Below, piece by piece: positions 28,563 to 44,492 of a DNA stretch of 64,000 nt (positions within the stretch are counted from its first letter, which is position 1; every line of letters begins with the position of its first letter). Location: contig OY761614.1 of assembly GCA_963664825.1 (NCBI GenBank), forward strand, positions 1,088,001 to 1,152,000, written 5' to 3'. The notes under the pieces are model-generated. The model made no database searches. It was not told the DNA's origin and worked only from the letters and a program-made list of their open reading frames with translations. Made by a program: the position numbers and the translations under genes. Source of the stretch: an uncultured Holophaga sp. (GTDB taxonomy: Bacteria > Acidobacteriota > Holophagae > Holophagales > Holophagaceae).

Positions 28563-28729
28563 GATCCCCGCTCAGTCGTGGAGGCTTGCCAGTTCCCTAG
28601 TGAATAGGGGGGTGGTCAGAAACCCGGTTTAAGGCGCTCCGTCGCGCGGTGCGCACAAGGCCGGGGGAAGGCCTCCCTGGCTTAATTACGGAACAAGCGC
28701 TCGGCCATGTCACGGGCCTCGCAGGGATC
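28563..28729 (-). ncRNA. ssrS: 6S RNA
   Basis: About 167 nt directly downstream of zapA, the canonical locus. The ends pair (GAUCCCUGC...GCGGGGAUC, then CGUG/CACG), consistent with the 6S rod. Confidence 0.8.
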
Positions 28730-28747
28730 AGATTCAAACTCGGATCC

Positions 28748-29116
28748 TCAATCACCCTCAGGAAAGAGGGGACCGGGAGCGAGAGGTTCATCCGGAACAT
28801 CATCGAGCAGTTTCGTCAGTTTCTGTTCCAGATCCTGGGTGTGCTGGCTGGCTTCCTGTTCCGAACGCACCAATCGATGAGCTAGGTTCAGGGCCCCCAT
28901 CAGCATCCAGGTCGAAGTGTCCAGGGCCGATGGCAGACCCCCCCATCTTAGCGCATAGGCCTGTTCCATGTCCCGGAAGGTCTGCTCCAGAAGTGCCACG
29001 GCCCGGGCCAGGGACTCCTCATTTTCCTGGGTGTGAACCCTCAGGGTGTGGCCCAACACTTCAACCCGGAGCTCGCCCGGTCCGGCGGGAGTGACTTCGT
29101 TCAGGATAAGGGTCAC
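28748..29116 (-). CDS. zapA: Cell division protein ZapA
   Basis: VEVLGHTLRV..., MGALNLAH and a C-terminal coiled coil; lies between zapB and the 6S RNA. Confidence 0.8.
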   Translation of the reverse strand: MTLILNEVTPAGPGELRVEVLGHTLRVHTQENEESLARAVALLEQTFRDMEQAYALRWGGLPSALDTSTWMLMGALNLAHRLVRSEQEASQHTQDLEQKLTKLLDDVPDEPLAPGPLFPEGD

Positions 29117-29349
29117 GCAATGTCCTCGAGCGTCTTGATGATGGCTTCGACCTGCAGACGGATCTCGTCTCGTTCCTTGACCAGCAAAGCCTTCTCGCTC
29201 TGGAGGTCCTCCAGGCGGCGGCGCAGGCCCTGGAGTTCCTGCTCCATGGGCTCGCGCTCCCCCCGGAGACGCTCCACATCCTCCTTCAACGTGTTCCGCT
29301 GCTGGACGAGCGTGTGGAGCTTGGCTTCGAGCTGATTGAGGATATCCAT
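29113..29349 (-). CDS. zapB: Cell division protein ZapB-like coiled coil
   Basis: 78-aa pure coiled coil (LNQLEAKL...ERDEIRLQVEAII) overlapping the zapA start. Confidence 0.75.
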   Translation of the reverse strand: MDILNQLEAKLHTLVQQRNTLKEDVERLRGEREPMEQELQGLRRRLEDLQSEKALLVKERDEIRLQVEAIIKTLEDIA

Positions 29350-29371
29350 GGCGTGCCCCTAGACGATCAGT

Positions 29372-31309
29372 TTAGCCCCGTAATCCCGCGCCGAGGGCTC
29401 GAGCTGCTTCCAGTGCCACCTCCGTCCAGCCATCCACCTCTTCTGAGGTCAAGGTGCGGTCCAGGGCCTGGAAGCGCAGGCGCATCAGCCAGGCCTGCCG
29501 ACCCGCCGGAAGGCTCTTGTGGCGGAAGACATCCACACAGCTCAGGCCTCGGAAGATCTCCCCTGCGGCCCCTCGGGCAGCGGCGGACATGGCCCCCTCC
29601 AGGCTGCGGTAGGACTGGGCGAGGTCCACCAGCAGCGAGAGATCCCGCTCCATCACGGGAAAACGGCTGAAGGCCTTGAATACGGGGATGATGCGTTCCG
29701 CGTGCTGGGGGAGGCTCGAAAGGGGGATCTCCAGGGCCAGCATGCCCTCCCCCAAGTCCCTCACTTCCGGGACGCCTTGGGCCCCGAGATCCTGGGCGAT
29801 GCCCAGCAGATCGGCGGCCTGGACGGGCCGCGCCCGGTTCAGGTAATCGTTCCCCCCCAGCGTTCCAGCCCAGACCAGGGCCAACACCGGAAGCTCGGTC
29901 GGCCCCTGGGGACCGCTCCGATAGACGGGCGCGATCTCGAAGAGCTTCACCTCCTGGGCGCCCTGACGGAAATTCAGCGCCCCAATGACCTTCAGCGAAG
30001 GCAAGAGGGAAGCGCGCATGACGGAATACTCCTGCCCCAGGGGATTGGCGAGGGTCCGCCCCGCGGCCGGGTTATCGGGAGCCGCGAAGGGCGCATCGGC
30101 CTCGGGACTGATGAAACCCAGGGTGACGGTCTGATGGAAACCCGCGTGGGCGAGGCGTCTGGCGAGATCCCGGTTCTGCAGGTAGGCCTGGGAAAGCGGC
30201 AGGGGCGAACCCTCCATGGGGGGCAGGGCCGACCCAATCCGGTCGTAGCCTCGCAGCCGCAGCACCTCCTCGGCCAGATCCTCCTCGATGGCGAGATCGT
30301 GACGCCAGGTGGGAGGCATCACCCGGAGCGCGCCGGGCTGGATATCCACGCGGCAACCGAGACGCTTCAGAAAATCGGCCGCCTCTTCCAGGGGAATGGC
30401 TTCGCCGTTGATGCGGTCCAGGGCCTCGCTCCCGAAGTCGATAGCCTCCAGCCGCTGGGGAATCGCTCCCACGGACCAGGCCCCCTTCAGGGTGGCCCCC
30501 GCCCAGGCCTGAAGCCTCACCACCAGAAGATCCCGGGCAATGGCCGCCATGGCAGGATCCACGCCGCGTCCGTAGCGATAGGAGGCATCGCTGTGCAGAC
30601 CATGGTGATGGGCCATGCGGCGCACCACCCGCGGATCGAAGTAGGCGCTCTCCAGGAGCACGCGCCGGGTGGTCCCGGTGACCTTGGTGGCATCGCCTCC
30701 CATGACGCCCGCCAGGGCGATGGGACCGCCCTCGTCGGCGATGAGGAGATCCTCCGGCCCGAGCTTCCGATCCAGGCCGTCCAATGTAACCAGCTTCTCA
30801 CCACTCCGAGCCCAGCGCACGATGAGGGCGCCCTTCAGCTTGTCGGCATCGAAGGCGTGGGTCGGGTGACCGTAGCGATGGAGCAGCTCGTTCGAGGCGT
30901 CGACGGCCGGGAGCTGTTTGGCGTTGGAACTCATGGAGGCCAGAAATGACACCACCGATTCAGGCGTGCCCTGATTCATGCCGAGCTCCAGGATGGCCGT
31001 GCAGTAGAGCGGGCAGGCCTCCGTTTCCAGGCGCACGGGGAAGAGGGGGGCACCTTCCGGAAGAGGCTCATGGGCGATGGGCGACAGGCAAGCGTTCTGC
31101 TGGGCCGCCAGATCCCGGGCAAGGCCCCGATGGGAGAGGGCATCGCCGCGGTTGGCCGTCACATCCACATCCAGAATGACCTGGCCGTTGCGCTCCTCGA
31201 CCCCATCGACGGGAAAGCCAAGGGAAGCCAGCAGCTCGCAGAGTTCCACCGTGCCGAGACCAGCAATCGCGGGCAATTCCGCGTGAAGAGCATGTCGTTC
31301 GATGAGCAT
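29372..31309 (-). CDS. pheT: Phenylalanine--tRNA ligase beta subunit (short form)
   Basis: DVTANRGD, GHPTHAFD, LLESAYF, PTWRHDL..EEDLAEEV and the FDX-ACB motif SRFP..RDLS; follows pheS. Confidence 0.93.
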   Translation of the reverse strand: MLIERHALHAELPAIAGLGTVELCELLASLGFPVDGVEERNGQVILDVDVTANRGDALSHRGLARDLAAQQNACLSPIAHEPLPEGAPLFPVRLETEACPLYCTAILELGMNQGTPESVVSFLASMSSNAKQLPAVDASNELLHRYGHPTHAFDADKLKGALIVRWARSGEKLVTLDGLDRKLGPEDLLIADEGGPIALAGVMGGDATKVTGTTRRVLLESAYFDPRVVRRMAHHHGLHSDASYRYGRGVDPAMAAIARDLLVVRLQAWAGATLKGAWSVGAIPQRLEAIDFGSEALDRINGEAIPLEEAADFLKRLGCRVDIQPGALRVMPPTWRHDLAIEEDLAEEVLRLRGYDRIGSALPPMEGSPLPLSQAYLQNRDLARRLAHAGFHQTVTLGFISPEADAPFAAPDNPAAGRTLANPLGQEYSVMRASLLPSLKVIGALNFRQGAQEVKLFEIAPVYRSGPQGPTELPVLALVWAGTLGGNDYLNRARPVQAADLLGIAQDLGAQGVPEVRDLGEGMLALEIPLSSLPQHAERIIPVFKAFSRFPVMERDLSLLVDLAQSYRSLEGAMSAAARGAAGEIFRGLSCVDVFRHKSLPAGRQAWLMRLRFQALDRTLTSEEVDGWTEVALEAARALGAGLRG

Positions 31310-32382
31310 CAGTCAAGCCCTCCCATGGCCTTGAGGAAGCGCTGGTCGTTTTCGAAGAAGAGGCGTAAATCCGGTGTCTGACTCACCATCATGGCCGTGC
31401 GTTCCACGCCCATTCCGAAGGCAAAACCGCTCCAGGTCTTCGGATCGAGTCCGGCATAGGTGAGCACGTTGGGATGGAGCACACCGGCGCCCAGGATCTC
31501 CACCCAACCACTGCCCTTGCAGACCCGGCAACCGGAACCGCCACAGAGTGGACAGCGCACGTCCACTTCGCAACCGGGTTCGACGAAGGGGAAGTAGCTG
31601 GGCCGGAAGCGCACGTCGGCTGCGGGGCCGAAGAGGGCCTTCATGGCATAGGCCAGCGTGCCCTTCAGATGCTGCATACCGATGCCGTGGCCCACCAGCA
31701 TGCCCTCCACCTGGTGGAACATGGGGCTATGGGTGGGATCGATCTCATCCTTGCGGTAGACGCGCCCCGGCGCGAGGAAGCGGATGCCGCCGGTCTGTTC
31801 AATATCCATCGCGAGGCGCTTGAGCACGCGCACCTGAACGGGGCTGGTGTGTGTGCGGAGCAGGCGCCCCTGGTGGGCGGCGAAGTAGAAGGTGTCGGCA
31901 CTGCCGCGGGCCGGATGATCCTCGGGAATATTCAGCCCGTCGAAGTTATTGGCTTCGGTCTCGGCTTCCGGCCCCTCTTCCACGTGATAACCCAGGGGAC
32001 GGAACACCTCGATGAGGCGATCCATGAGGCGATTCAAGGGATGCAAAGCGCCCCGGGCTGGCATGGGCGGCGACAGATCGGGATCCCAGTTTGTGGCCAG
32101 GGAGGCCGATTGTTTTTTGGAAGCCTCCAGTTCGGCCTGGCGGGCCTTGAGGCCTTCGTCCCAGCGGTTCTTCAGGCCGTTGATCGCCGCGCCGAGTTCG
32201 CGTTTCTGTTCCTTGGGAGCCGCCTTCAGGATTTCCATCATGCGCGCGGCATGACTGCCCTCCCGGCCAATGTAGAGGCCCTTCAGGCGCATGAGGGCAT
32301 CGAGGTCGACGCAGGCCACCAGGGCTTGCGGAAAGCACCCTTCGGCCATGAGGATTTCGGGTGGCAGCAGATTCGGTTCCAT
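31309..32382 (-). CDS. pheS: Phenylalanine--tRNA ligase alpha subunit
   Basis: NFDGLNIPEDHPAR, LLRTHTSPVQ, HSPMFHQVEG, FRPSYFPFVEP, GFAFGMGVER. Confidence 0.97.
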   Translation of the reverse strand: MEPNLLPPEILMAEGCFPQALVACVDLDALMRLKGLYIGREGSHAARMMEILKAAPKEQKRELGAAINGLKNRWDEGLKARQAELEASKKQSASLATNWDPDLSPPMPARGALHPLNRLMDRLIEVFRPLGYHVEEGPEAETEANNFDGLNIPEDHPARGSADTFYFAAHQGRLLRTHTSPVQVRVLKRLAMDIEQTGGIRFLAPGRVYRKDEIDPTHSPMFHQVEGMLVGHGIGMQHLKGTLAYAMKALFGPAADVRFRPSYFPFVEPGCEVDVRCPLCGGSGCRVCKGSGWVEILGAGVLHPNVLTYAGLDPKTWSGFAFGMGVERTAMMVSQTPDLRLFFENDQRFLKAMGGLD

Positions 32383-32405
32383 GGATTCCCCGCACTCTAA
32401 ACAAG

Positions 32406-32429
32406 GAAAGGCCGCTTTCGCGGCCTTTC
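32406..32429 (-). terminator. Hairpin/terminator between rplT and pheS
   Basis: 10-bp stem GAAAGGCCGC-GAAA-GCGGCCTTTC on the minus strand followed by CTTGTTT. Confidence 0.65.
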
Positions 32430-32449
32430 AAGCTTAATCGATTTCGATC

Positions 32450-32797
32450 TCAGCCCTTGGCCACGGCCACGAGCTGGGTAAAGACATCAGGGTTGCGCAC
32501 AGCCAAGTCGGCGAGCATCTTGCGGTCCAGGGTCACATTGGCCTTCTTGAGTCCACCCATGAACTTGGAGTAGCTGGTCTGGTTGATTTCGCAGGCCGCG
32601 CTGATACGGACGATCCAGAGCCGACGGAAATCACGCTTCCGGGCCTTGCGATCGCGATAGCCATAGCCGAGAGCCTTGGCCACGGCCTCTTTTGCGGAGC
32701 GATAGAGGCGGGACTTGGCGCCGTAGAAGCCCTTGGCGAACTTGAGCATCCGCTTGCGGCGCTGAACACGCTTGAATCCGCGTTTGACACGAGTCAT
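32450..32797 (-). CDS. rplT: 50S ribosomal protein L20
   Basis: MTRVKRG, AKGFYG, YRDRKARKRDFRRLWIVRI, LDRKMLA. Confidence 0.98.
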   Translation of the reverse strand: MTRVKRGFKRVQRRKRMLKFAKGFYGAKSRLYRSAKEAVAKALGYGYRDRKARKRDFRRLWIVRISAACEINQTSYSKFMGGLKKANVTLDRKMLADLAVRNPDVFTQLVAVAKG

Positions 32798-32973
32798 GGG
32801 ATTTCCTTTCCTTGTGGCAGCTCAGGGAGCTTTGAAGGCCACGTCGGGGGTGGCATCGGCCACCGAGTTTAAACAGTGAAGAAGACCGCCTGAAACCCCG
32901 TGAAGTAAGCCCAAACAGGCTCAGCCTGCGCAGGGCGCGGGGTTCGGGGGGGATGAGGCCCCCCGAAATGACA

Positions 32974-33171
32974 TCAGGCGTAGGGCAACATGGCCCGGAC
33001 GCGCCCGAGATCGGACTTGTCCACCATTCCACCCATGTCCAACTGCCGCTTGCGCTTCGTGGACTTGCTGGTGAGGATGTGACGCTGGTGGGAGCATCCA
33101 CGCTTGAACAGGCCGCTGCCGGTCTTCTTGAAGCGCTTCTGGGCGCCCTTGTGGGTCTTGAGCTTGGGCAT
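32974..33171 (-). CDS. rpmI: 50S ribosomal protein L35
   Basis: [20 protein letters not shown]...[14 protein letters not shown]...LPY. Confidence 0.98.
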   Translation of the reverse strand: MPKLKTHKGAQKRFKKTGSGLFKRGCSHQRHILTSKSTKRKRQLDMGGMVDKSDLGRVRAMLPYA

Positions 33172-33180
33172 GACGAACCT

Positions 33181-33759
33181 CTAGCTTGGGTTGGTTTCGA
33201 CGGGACTGCCTTCAGGCTTGGGCGCCTTGGGCTTCTTGATCAACTCCACGGGCTTGGGAGAGATGATGGCGTGCATGTCGCGCCCATCAATACCCGCGGT
33301 CTTTTCAACAACACACTTGTCGGCGACACGGACCAGTACGTCTTCAATGATCCGGAATCCGATATCACGGTGGACGACCTCGCGGCCTCGGAACATCACC
33401 ACCACTTTCACCTTGTCACCTTCCTCCAGGAACCGGAGGATGTGCTTGACCTTGAAATCAAAATCGTGATCGTCGGTGCGAGGCCGGAACTTCACTTCCT
33501 TGAGCACGATGTTCTTCTGCTTTGCACGGGCGGCGTGATCGCGCTTCGCCTCCATGAACTTGTACTTCCCATAATCCATGATCCGGCACACTGGAGGCTT
33601 GGCCGAAGGGGAGACTTCCACCACATCCAGGCCTTTTTCTTCCGCCATCCGCATTGCCTGGGCAGGAGTCATGATCCCCAGCTGGGCTCCGTCTTCGGCG
33701 ATGACCCGGATTTCGAGAGCCCGGATGCCGTCATTGATGTGCGTTTCTGTCGCTCGAAT
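33181..33759 (-). CDS. infC: Translation initiation factor IF-3 (ATT start)
   Basis: GGAGG RBS followed by an in-frame ATT (33759-33757), reading RATETHINDGIRALEIRVI. PPVCRIMDYGK, KEVKFRP, FRGRE. Confidence 0.95.
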   Translation of the reverse strand: MRATETHINDGIRALEIRVIAEDGAQLGIMTPAQAMRMAEEKGLDVVEVSPSAKPPVCRIMDYGKYKFMEAKRDHAARAKQKNIVLKEVKFRPRTDDHDFDFKVKHILRFLEEGDKVKVVVMFRGREVVHRDIGFRIIEDVLVRVADKCVVEKTAGIDGRDMHAIISPKPVELIKKPKAPKPEGSPVETNPS

Positions 33760-33818
33760 ACCGTCCTCCGCAAGAACACAAGGATGAAAATGCTACCAGC
33801 TAAACCCGGGAATGCCAA

Positions 33819-35741
33819 TCAAAGATGATCATGGGCCCGGGTCCGGACTTCCTCCAAGACCTGCGTAAAGAAGGCCTCCAGGGACTGACCCCCCAGGTTT
33901 CCCTTCTGGCGATGCCGCACGGAAACCGTGCCCTCGGCGGCCTCACGGTCCCCAACGACGAGCATGTAGGGGATCTTCTGCATCTGGGCATCCCGGATCT
34001 TGGCATTGACCTTCTCGTTCCGCAGATCGATCTCGGCCCGCAGGCCGAGAGCCTGGGCCTTGTCCCGAATCTCGGCAGCGTAGGCCTGAACGCGGTCCGT
34101 GATGGGCAGCACCGTGAGCTGAACGGGGGCAAGCCACACCGGGAAAGCTCCCGCGCAGTGTTCAATGAGGATCCCCATGAAGCGCTCCAGACTGCCCAGG
34201 ATGGCGCGGTGGAGCATGACGGGCGTGCCCTCTGTGTTATCGGCCCGGGTGTAGCGCAGACCGAAGCGTTCGGGCAGGAAGTAGTCCACCTGGAGCGTAC
34301 CGAGTTGCCAGGGGCGCTTGAGCGCATCGAGCACCTGGAATTCGATCTTGGGGCCGTAGAAGGCACCATCGCCTGGGCTCTCCTTGAAATCGATGCCGGC
34401 TTCCCGCAGGCCGTCAGCCAGCGCGTTCTCGGCCAAATCCCAGATATCATCGCTCCCGATCCGCTTCTCCGGGCGCGTCGATAGCATGACCCGCACCTCC
34501 TCGAAGCCGAAGGTGTCGTAGATCTTCATGATGAAGGTGAAGAAGGAGGCCATCTCAGCCTTCATCTGCTCGGGCGCACAGAAGATATGACCGTCGTCCT
34601 GGCAGAAGGTCCGCACTCGCGTCAGGCCCTGGGTCACACCGCTCCGCTCGTAGCGATGCAGGCGGCCGAAATCCGCATAGCGAATGGGGAGGTCCCGGTA
34701 GCTCTGCTTGCCCGCACCGAAGATGAGGCAGTGGGTGGGGCAGTTCATGGGCTTCAGGGCGTACTCCCGCTCCTCCACCTCGGTGAAATACATGTTCTCT
34801 TTGTATTTGTCGTAGTGCCCGGAGGTCTTCCACATGCTCACGTCGAGGGCCTGGGGCGTGATGACCTCGCTGTAGCCTTCCACCCGGTAGTGCTCCCGCA
34901 TGAAATCCACCAGCAGGTTGTAGATGATTGTGCCCTTGGGATGGAAGAAGGGCGAGGCCGGCGCTTCGGGATGGAAGGAGAAGAGGCCCAGTTCCTTGCC
35001 CAGCTTGCGATGATCCCGGGCCTTGGCCTCTTCGAGGCGCCGAAGGTGCTCGTCCAATTCCTTTTGGGTATGGAAGGCCGTCCCATAGATGCGGCAGAGC
35101 TGGGCATTCTTCTCGTTGCCCCGCCAGTAGGCCGCAGCGACGTGGAGCAGTTTGAAGGCCTTCAGTTTGTTTGTGTTCGGAACGTGGGGGCCACGACAGA
35201 GGTCATAGAAATCCCCCTGGCGATAACCTGAAATTTTTTCGTCCGCGGGAATATCCGAGACCAGTTCGACTTTTAGGGGCTCACCCATGGCTTGGAAACG
35301 GGCGATAGCCTCGTCCCGACCCAGGTCTTCCCGGACCACGGCATGGGCCTCCTGGCTGACCTTCCGCATTTCATCTTCGATGGCCACTAGGTCTTCCGGC
35401 GTGAAGAACTTCTCCACCTGGAAATCGTAGTAGAAGCCGTCCTCAATGACGGGACCGATGCCGGCCTTGGCCTCGGGAAACAGGCGTTTCACGGCCTGGG
35501 CCAGGAGGTGGGACGTGGAATGGCGAAGGATCTCCAGGCTATTGGGATCCTTGCTGGTCACCAGGGCCACCTTGACCCCATCAGGAAGGGGGGCGTTCAG
35601 GTCCTGGAGATGACCGTCCACCTTGATGGCCAGGGACGCTTCCAAGAGCCTGGGGCCGATACCCTGGGCTAGGTCCGCGCCGGTGGCGCCGTCACGGAGT
35701 TCGCGGACGGAATCATCGGGAAGGCGGACAGAAATAGGCAT
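33819..35741 (-). CDS. thrS: Threonine--tRNA ligase
   Basis: TGS domain, HSTSHLLA, DLCRGPH, RDHRKLG, KPMNCP, HRAILGSLERF. Confidence 0.98.
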   Translation of the reverse strand: MPISVRLPDDSVRELRDGATGADLAQGIGPRLLEASLAIKVDGHLQDLNAPLPDGVKVALVTSKDPNSLEILRHSTSHLLAQAVKRLFPEAKAGIGPVIEDGFYYDFQVEKFFTPEDLVAIEDEMRKVSQEAHAVVREDLGRDEAIARFQAMGEPLKVELVSDIPADEKISGYRQGDFYDLCRGPHVPNTNKLKAFKLLHVAAAYWRGNEKNAQLCRIYGTAFHTQKELDEHLRRLEEAKARDHRKLGKELGLFSFHPEAPASPFFHPKGTIIYNLLVDFMREHYRVEGYSEVITPQALDVSMWKTSGHYDKYKENMYFTEVEEREYALKPMNCPTHCLIFGAGKQSYRDLPIRYADFGRLHRYERSGVTQGLTRVRTFCQDDGHIFCAPEQMKAEMASFFTFIMKIYDTFGFEEVRVMLSTRPEKRIGSDDIWDLAENALADGLREAGIDFKESPGDGAFYGPKIEFQVLDALKRPWQLGTLQVDYFLPERFGLRYTRADNTEGTPVMLHRAILGSLERFMGILIEHCAGAFPVWLAPVQLTVLPITDRVQAYAAEIRDKAQALGLRAEIDLRNEKVNAKIRDAQMQKIPYMLVVGDREAAEGTVSVRHRQKGNLGGQSLEAFFTQVLEEVRTRAHDHL

Positions 35742-35810
35742 GGAATCCTCGCGTGGAATTGATCAGTTTACGATAATTTCCCGCGCACGTCAGCCTGCGC
35801 GCAGGTACAG

Positions 35811-35847
35811 GAACGCCCCCAATCTCGTGAGAGGGATGGGGGCGTTC
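35811..35847 (-). terminator. Hairpin at the end of the rRNA operon
   Basis: GAACGCCCCCA...TGGGGGCGTTC inverted repeat just downstream of 5S; weak U-tract. Confidence 0.55.
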
Positions 35848-35856
35848 TAGAAATTA

Positions 35857-35973
35857 ACGTCGCGGCGACCTACTTTTCCACGCTTAAAAACGCAGTATCA
35901 TCGGCCCTCTGGAGCTTAACTGCCGTGTTCGGAATGGGAACGGGTGTGACCTCCAGGGTATAGCCACGACGAA
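35857..35973 (-). rRNA. rrf: 5S rRNA (ends approximate)
   Basis: Reverse complement contains CACCCGTTCCCATTCCGAACACGGCAGTTAAGC and GCCGATGATACTGC. Confidence 0.95.
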
Positions 35974-36104
35974 GGGTTGGAAGGGTTTTACAAGGCTGGC
36001 GTCTCTGGGGACGCGGACAGTCGGGGTGCTCACCGTGCTGTCCGGGGATTTCGGTCGCTTCGCATTATCCGAAATGCCCACTTCTATGTAATTGATTGAT
36101 GAAA

Positions 36105-39041
<2,937 letters not shown>

Positions 39042-39179
39042 TTCCATCAATGAATTACATCGATCGAAAATCCCTTTCAGAGTCTTGATTTCGGGAAACG
39101 CTCTCGCGCTTCCACAACTTGCCTCGCCTTAAGCCCACCATGCCCTTAAGCACGATGGATCACCCTTCCATTCCACTCT

Positions 39180-39198
39180 ATTCATCTGTCAAAGAATT
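39180..39198 (-). promoter_or_regulatory. Spacer boxA-like antitermination site
   Basis: Minus-strand TTCTTTGACAGATGAAT before 23S, similar to the leader copy at about 41292-41309. Confidence 0.55.
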
Positions 39199-39275
39199 TT
39201 ACTCGTCAGTCCTTGAACTGAATTCAACAGCCATCGCTGTTCACTTCAATCCAATAACTTCGTTACTCTGAAAAC

Positions 39276-39353
<78 letters not shown>

Positions 39354-39376
39354 TCGTTTCACTCGGGAGGCTTCCG

Positions 39377-39452
39377 TGGTGGACCCGACCGGGTTCGAAC
39401 CGACGACCTCCTGGATGCAAACCAGGCGCTCTCCCAGCTGAGCTACGGGCCC
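39377..39452 (-). tRNA. tRNA-Ala (UGC)
   Basis: GGGCCCGTAGCTCAG...CCTGG TT TGC AT CCAGG...GGGTCCACCA, with the G3:U70 pair present. Confidence 0.97.
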
Positions 39453-39642
39453 TCACGACTACGTGGATCTCGCCGCAGGCTCCTCTGGAACCTACGAAGT
39501 GGGGACCCACTCGACCCCTTGCACTCGCACCAAAGAACCTCGCAACTCCGAGGCATCTTTGAAAGCCGGATAGATCATTGGGCCTTTTCAGACCCAGCGA
39601 ATGGAAACGTTGACCTTACGTCACTCCGTAGAGTGACTCTCC

Positions 39643-41190
<1,548 letters not shown>

Positions 41191-41291
41191 TCTCTTAAGC
41201 TCTCGACCGATTCCTCGATCGCGCTAGTGTTTTTATTGGTCTCCCGCTCACCCGAAGGCTCGCGAGAAGCTCAAAGGCTTCCATTCTTCTC

Positions 41292-41309
41292 TATCCGGCT
41301 GTCAAAGAC
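41292..41309 (-). promoter_or_regulatory. Leader boxA-like antitermination site
   Basis: Minus-strand GTCTTTGACAGCCGGATA upstream of 16S. Confidence 0.55.
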
Positions 41310-41425
41310 GCCCTGAGTCACTTCAACCAAAAACCCTCGAGTCCCTGATTGCTCTGGATCAGCCACCGTTCCCGGACTGCCAACCCCTCGTGTTCCCGGC
41401 ACCGATTGTGCGTGCCGGAAGACTT

Positions 41426-41453
41426 AGATTACACCAGGCAGGGGGGAATGCAA
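41426..41453 (-). promoter_or_regulatory. Putative sigma70 rRNA promoter
   Basis: Minus-strand TTGCAT-16 bp-TAATCT with a T-rich tract upstream. Confidence 0.55.
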
Positions 41454-41611
41454 CCAAAAATCTCAGACGAATGGCTCTCCGCCTCGAGTCCTTTCGAATT
41501 ACCTTTGCCATCTTCAATCATATATTCACTTAAAACCCACGTAATTCATTTTCTCCCAGAATCGATTCCAAGGATTACGCGGAGAGGGAGGCCATGAGGG
41601 AATATGGATCC

Positions 41612-42487
41612 ATGCAAAACATCCGAAAAGCCCTCATCCCTGTCGCTGGCTTGGGCACGCGGTTCCTCCCCGCCACCAAGGCTCAACCTAAGGAGATGCT
41701 CCCCCTCGTGGACAAGCCCGTGATCCAACATGTGGTGGAAGAAGCCATCCGGGCTGGTATTCAGAGCATCACCTTGATCACAGGCCGCGGGAAGCAAGCC
41801 ATCGAGAACCACTTCGATGTTGCCTTCGAACTGGAGGACACCCTTCGCCGACGGGGGCGCCAAAAGGATCTGGACCTGGTTCAGACCATCACCCACATGG
41901 CGCAATTCGCCTACGTGCGCCAAGGGGAGCCACTCGGTTTGGGCCATGCCGTGCTCTGCGCTGAACACGCCATTGGCCTGGAGCCCTTCGCCCTGCTCCT
42001 GGGAGATGACGTCTTTGATGAAGAGGCTCCTGCGCTCGAAGCCCTCATCACCGCCTACCAGGCCACCGGGAAGTCCATCGTGGGCGTCCAACGGGTTCCC
42101 CTGGAGCATGTTTCCCGCTATGGCATCGTCAACGAACCCCATCACGAGGCGGAATGGTGGAATGTCTCGACCATCGTGGAAAAGCCTCAACCCGACCAGA
42201 CTCCCAGCCGGTGGGCGGTGGTCGGGCGCTACATCCTGGGGCCGAGGGTCTTCGAACACCTCCATCAAGTTCAGCCGGGCGTCGGAGGCGAATACCAACT
42301 GACCGACGCCCTGGCCATGCTCGCCCAGGAGGGGGAACTGGTGGCCGCCCCCATCCCTGCGCGTCGCTACGACACAGGCAACAAGCTCGACTACCTGAAG
42401 GCCAACGTGGAATTCGCCCTCAAGCGCCAGGACCTCGGGTCGGATTTCCTGGTCTATCTAAAGAAGCTCGTCGCCGAGCGTTCCTAG
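41612..42487 (+). CDS. galU: UTP--glucose-1-phosphate uridylyltransferase
   Basis: KALIPVAGLGTRFLPATKAQPKEMLP, RQGEPLGLGHAV, VEKP, EYQLTDA. Confidence 0.96.
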   Translation: MQNIRKALIPVAGLGTRFLPATKAQPKEMLPLVDKPVIQHVVEEAIRAGIQSITLITGRGKQAIENHFDVAFELEDTLRRRGRQKDLDLVQTITHMAQFAYVRQGEPLGLGHAVLCAEHAIGLEPFALLLGDDVFDEEAPALEALITAYQATGKSIVGVQRVPLEHVSRYGIVNEPHHEAEWWNVSTIVEKPQPDQTPSRWAVVGRYILGPRVFEHLHQVQPGVGGEYQLTDALAMLAQEGELVAAPIPARRYDTGNKLDYLKANVEFALKRQDLGSDFLVYLKKLVAERS

Positions 42488-42512
42488 TCCGTCGCGAAAG
42501 AACGACTCGACC

Positions 42513-44393
<1,881 letters not shown>

Positions 44394-44492
44394 CCCGCCT
44401 CCCTTCTCTCGAGTGTAGAGGAAGGAGGACTCCCTGAACGCCGGGATCCATCCCCCCTCGCGCTCCCCCGCGAAAGGGAGGAAACTGAAGCC

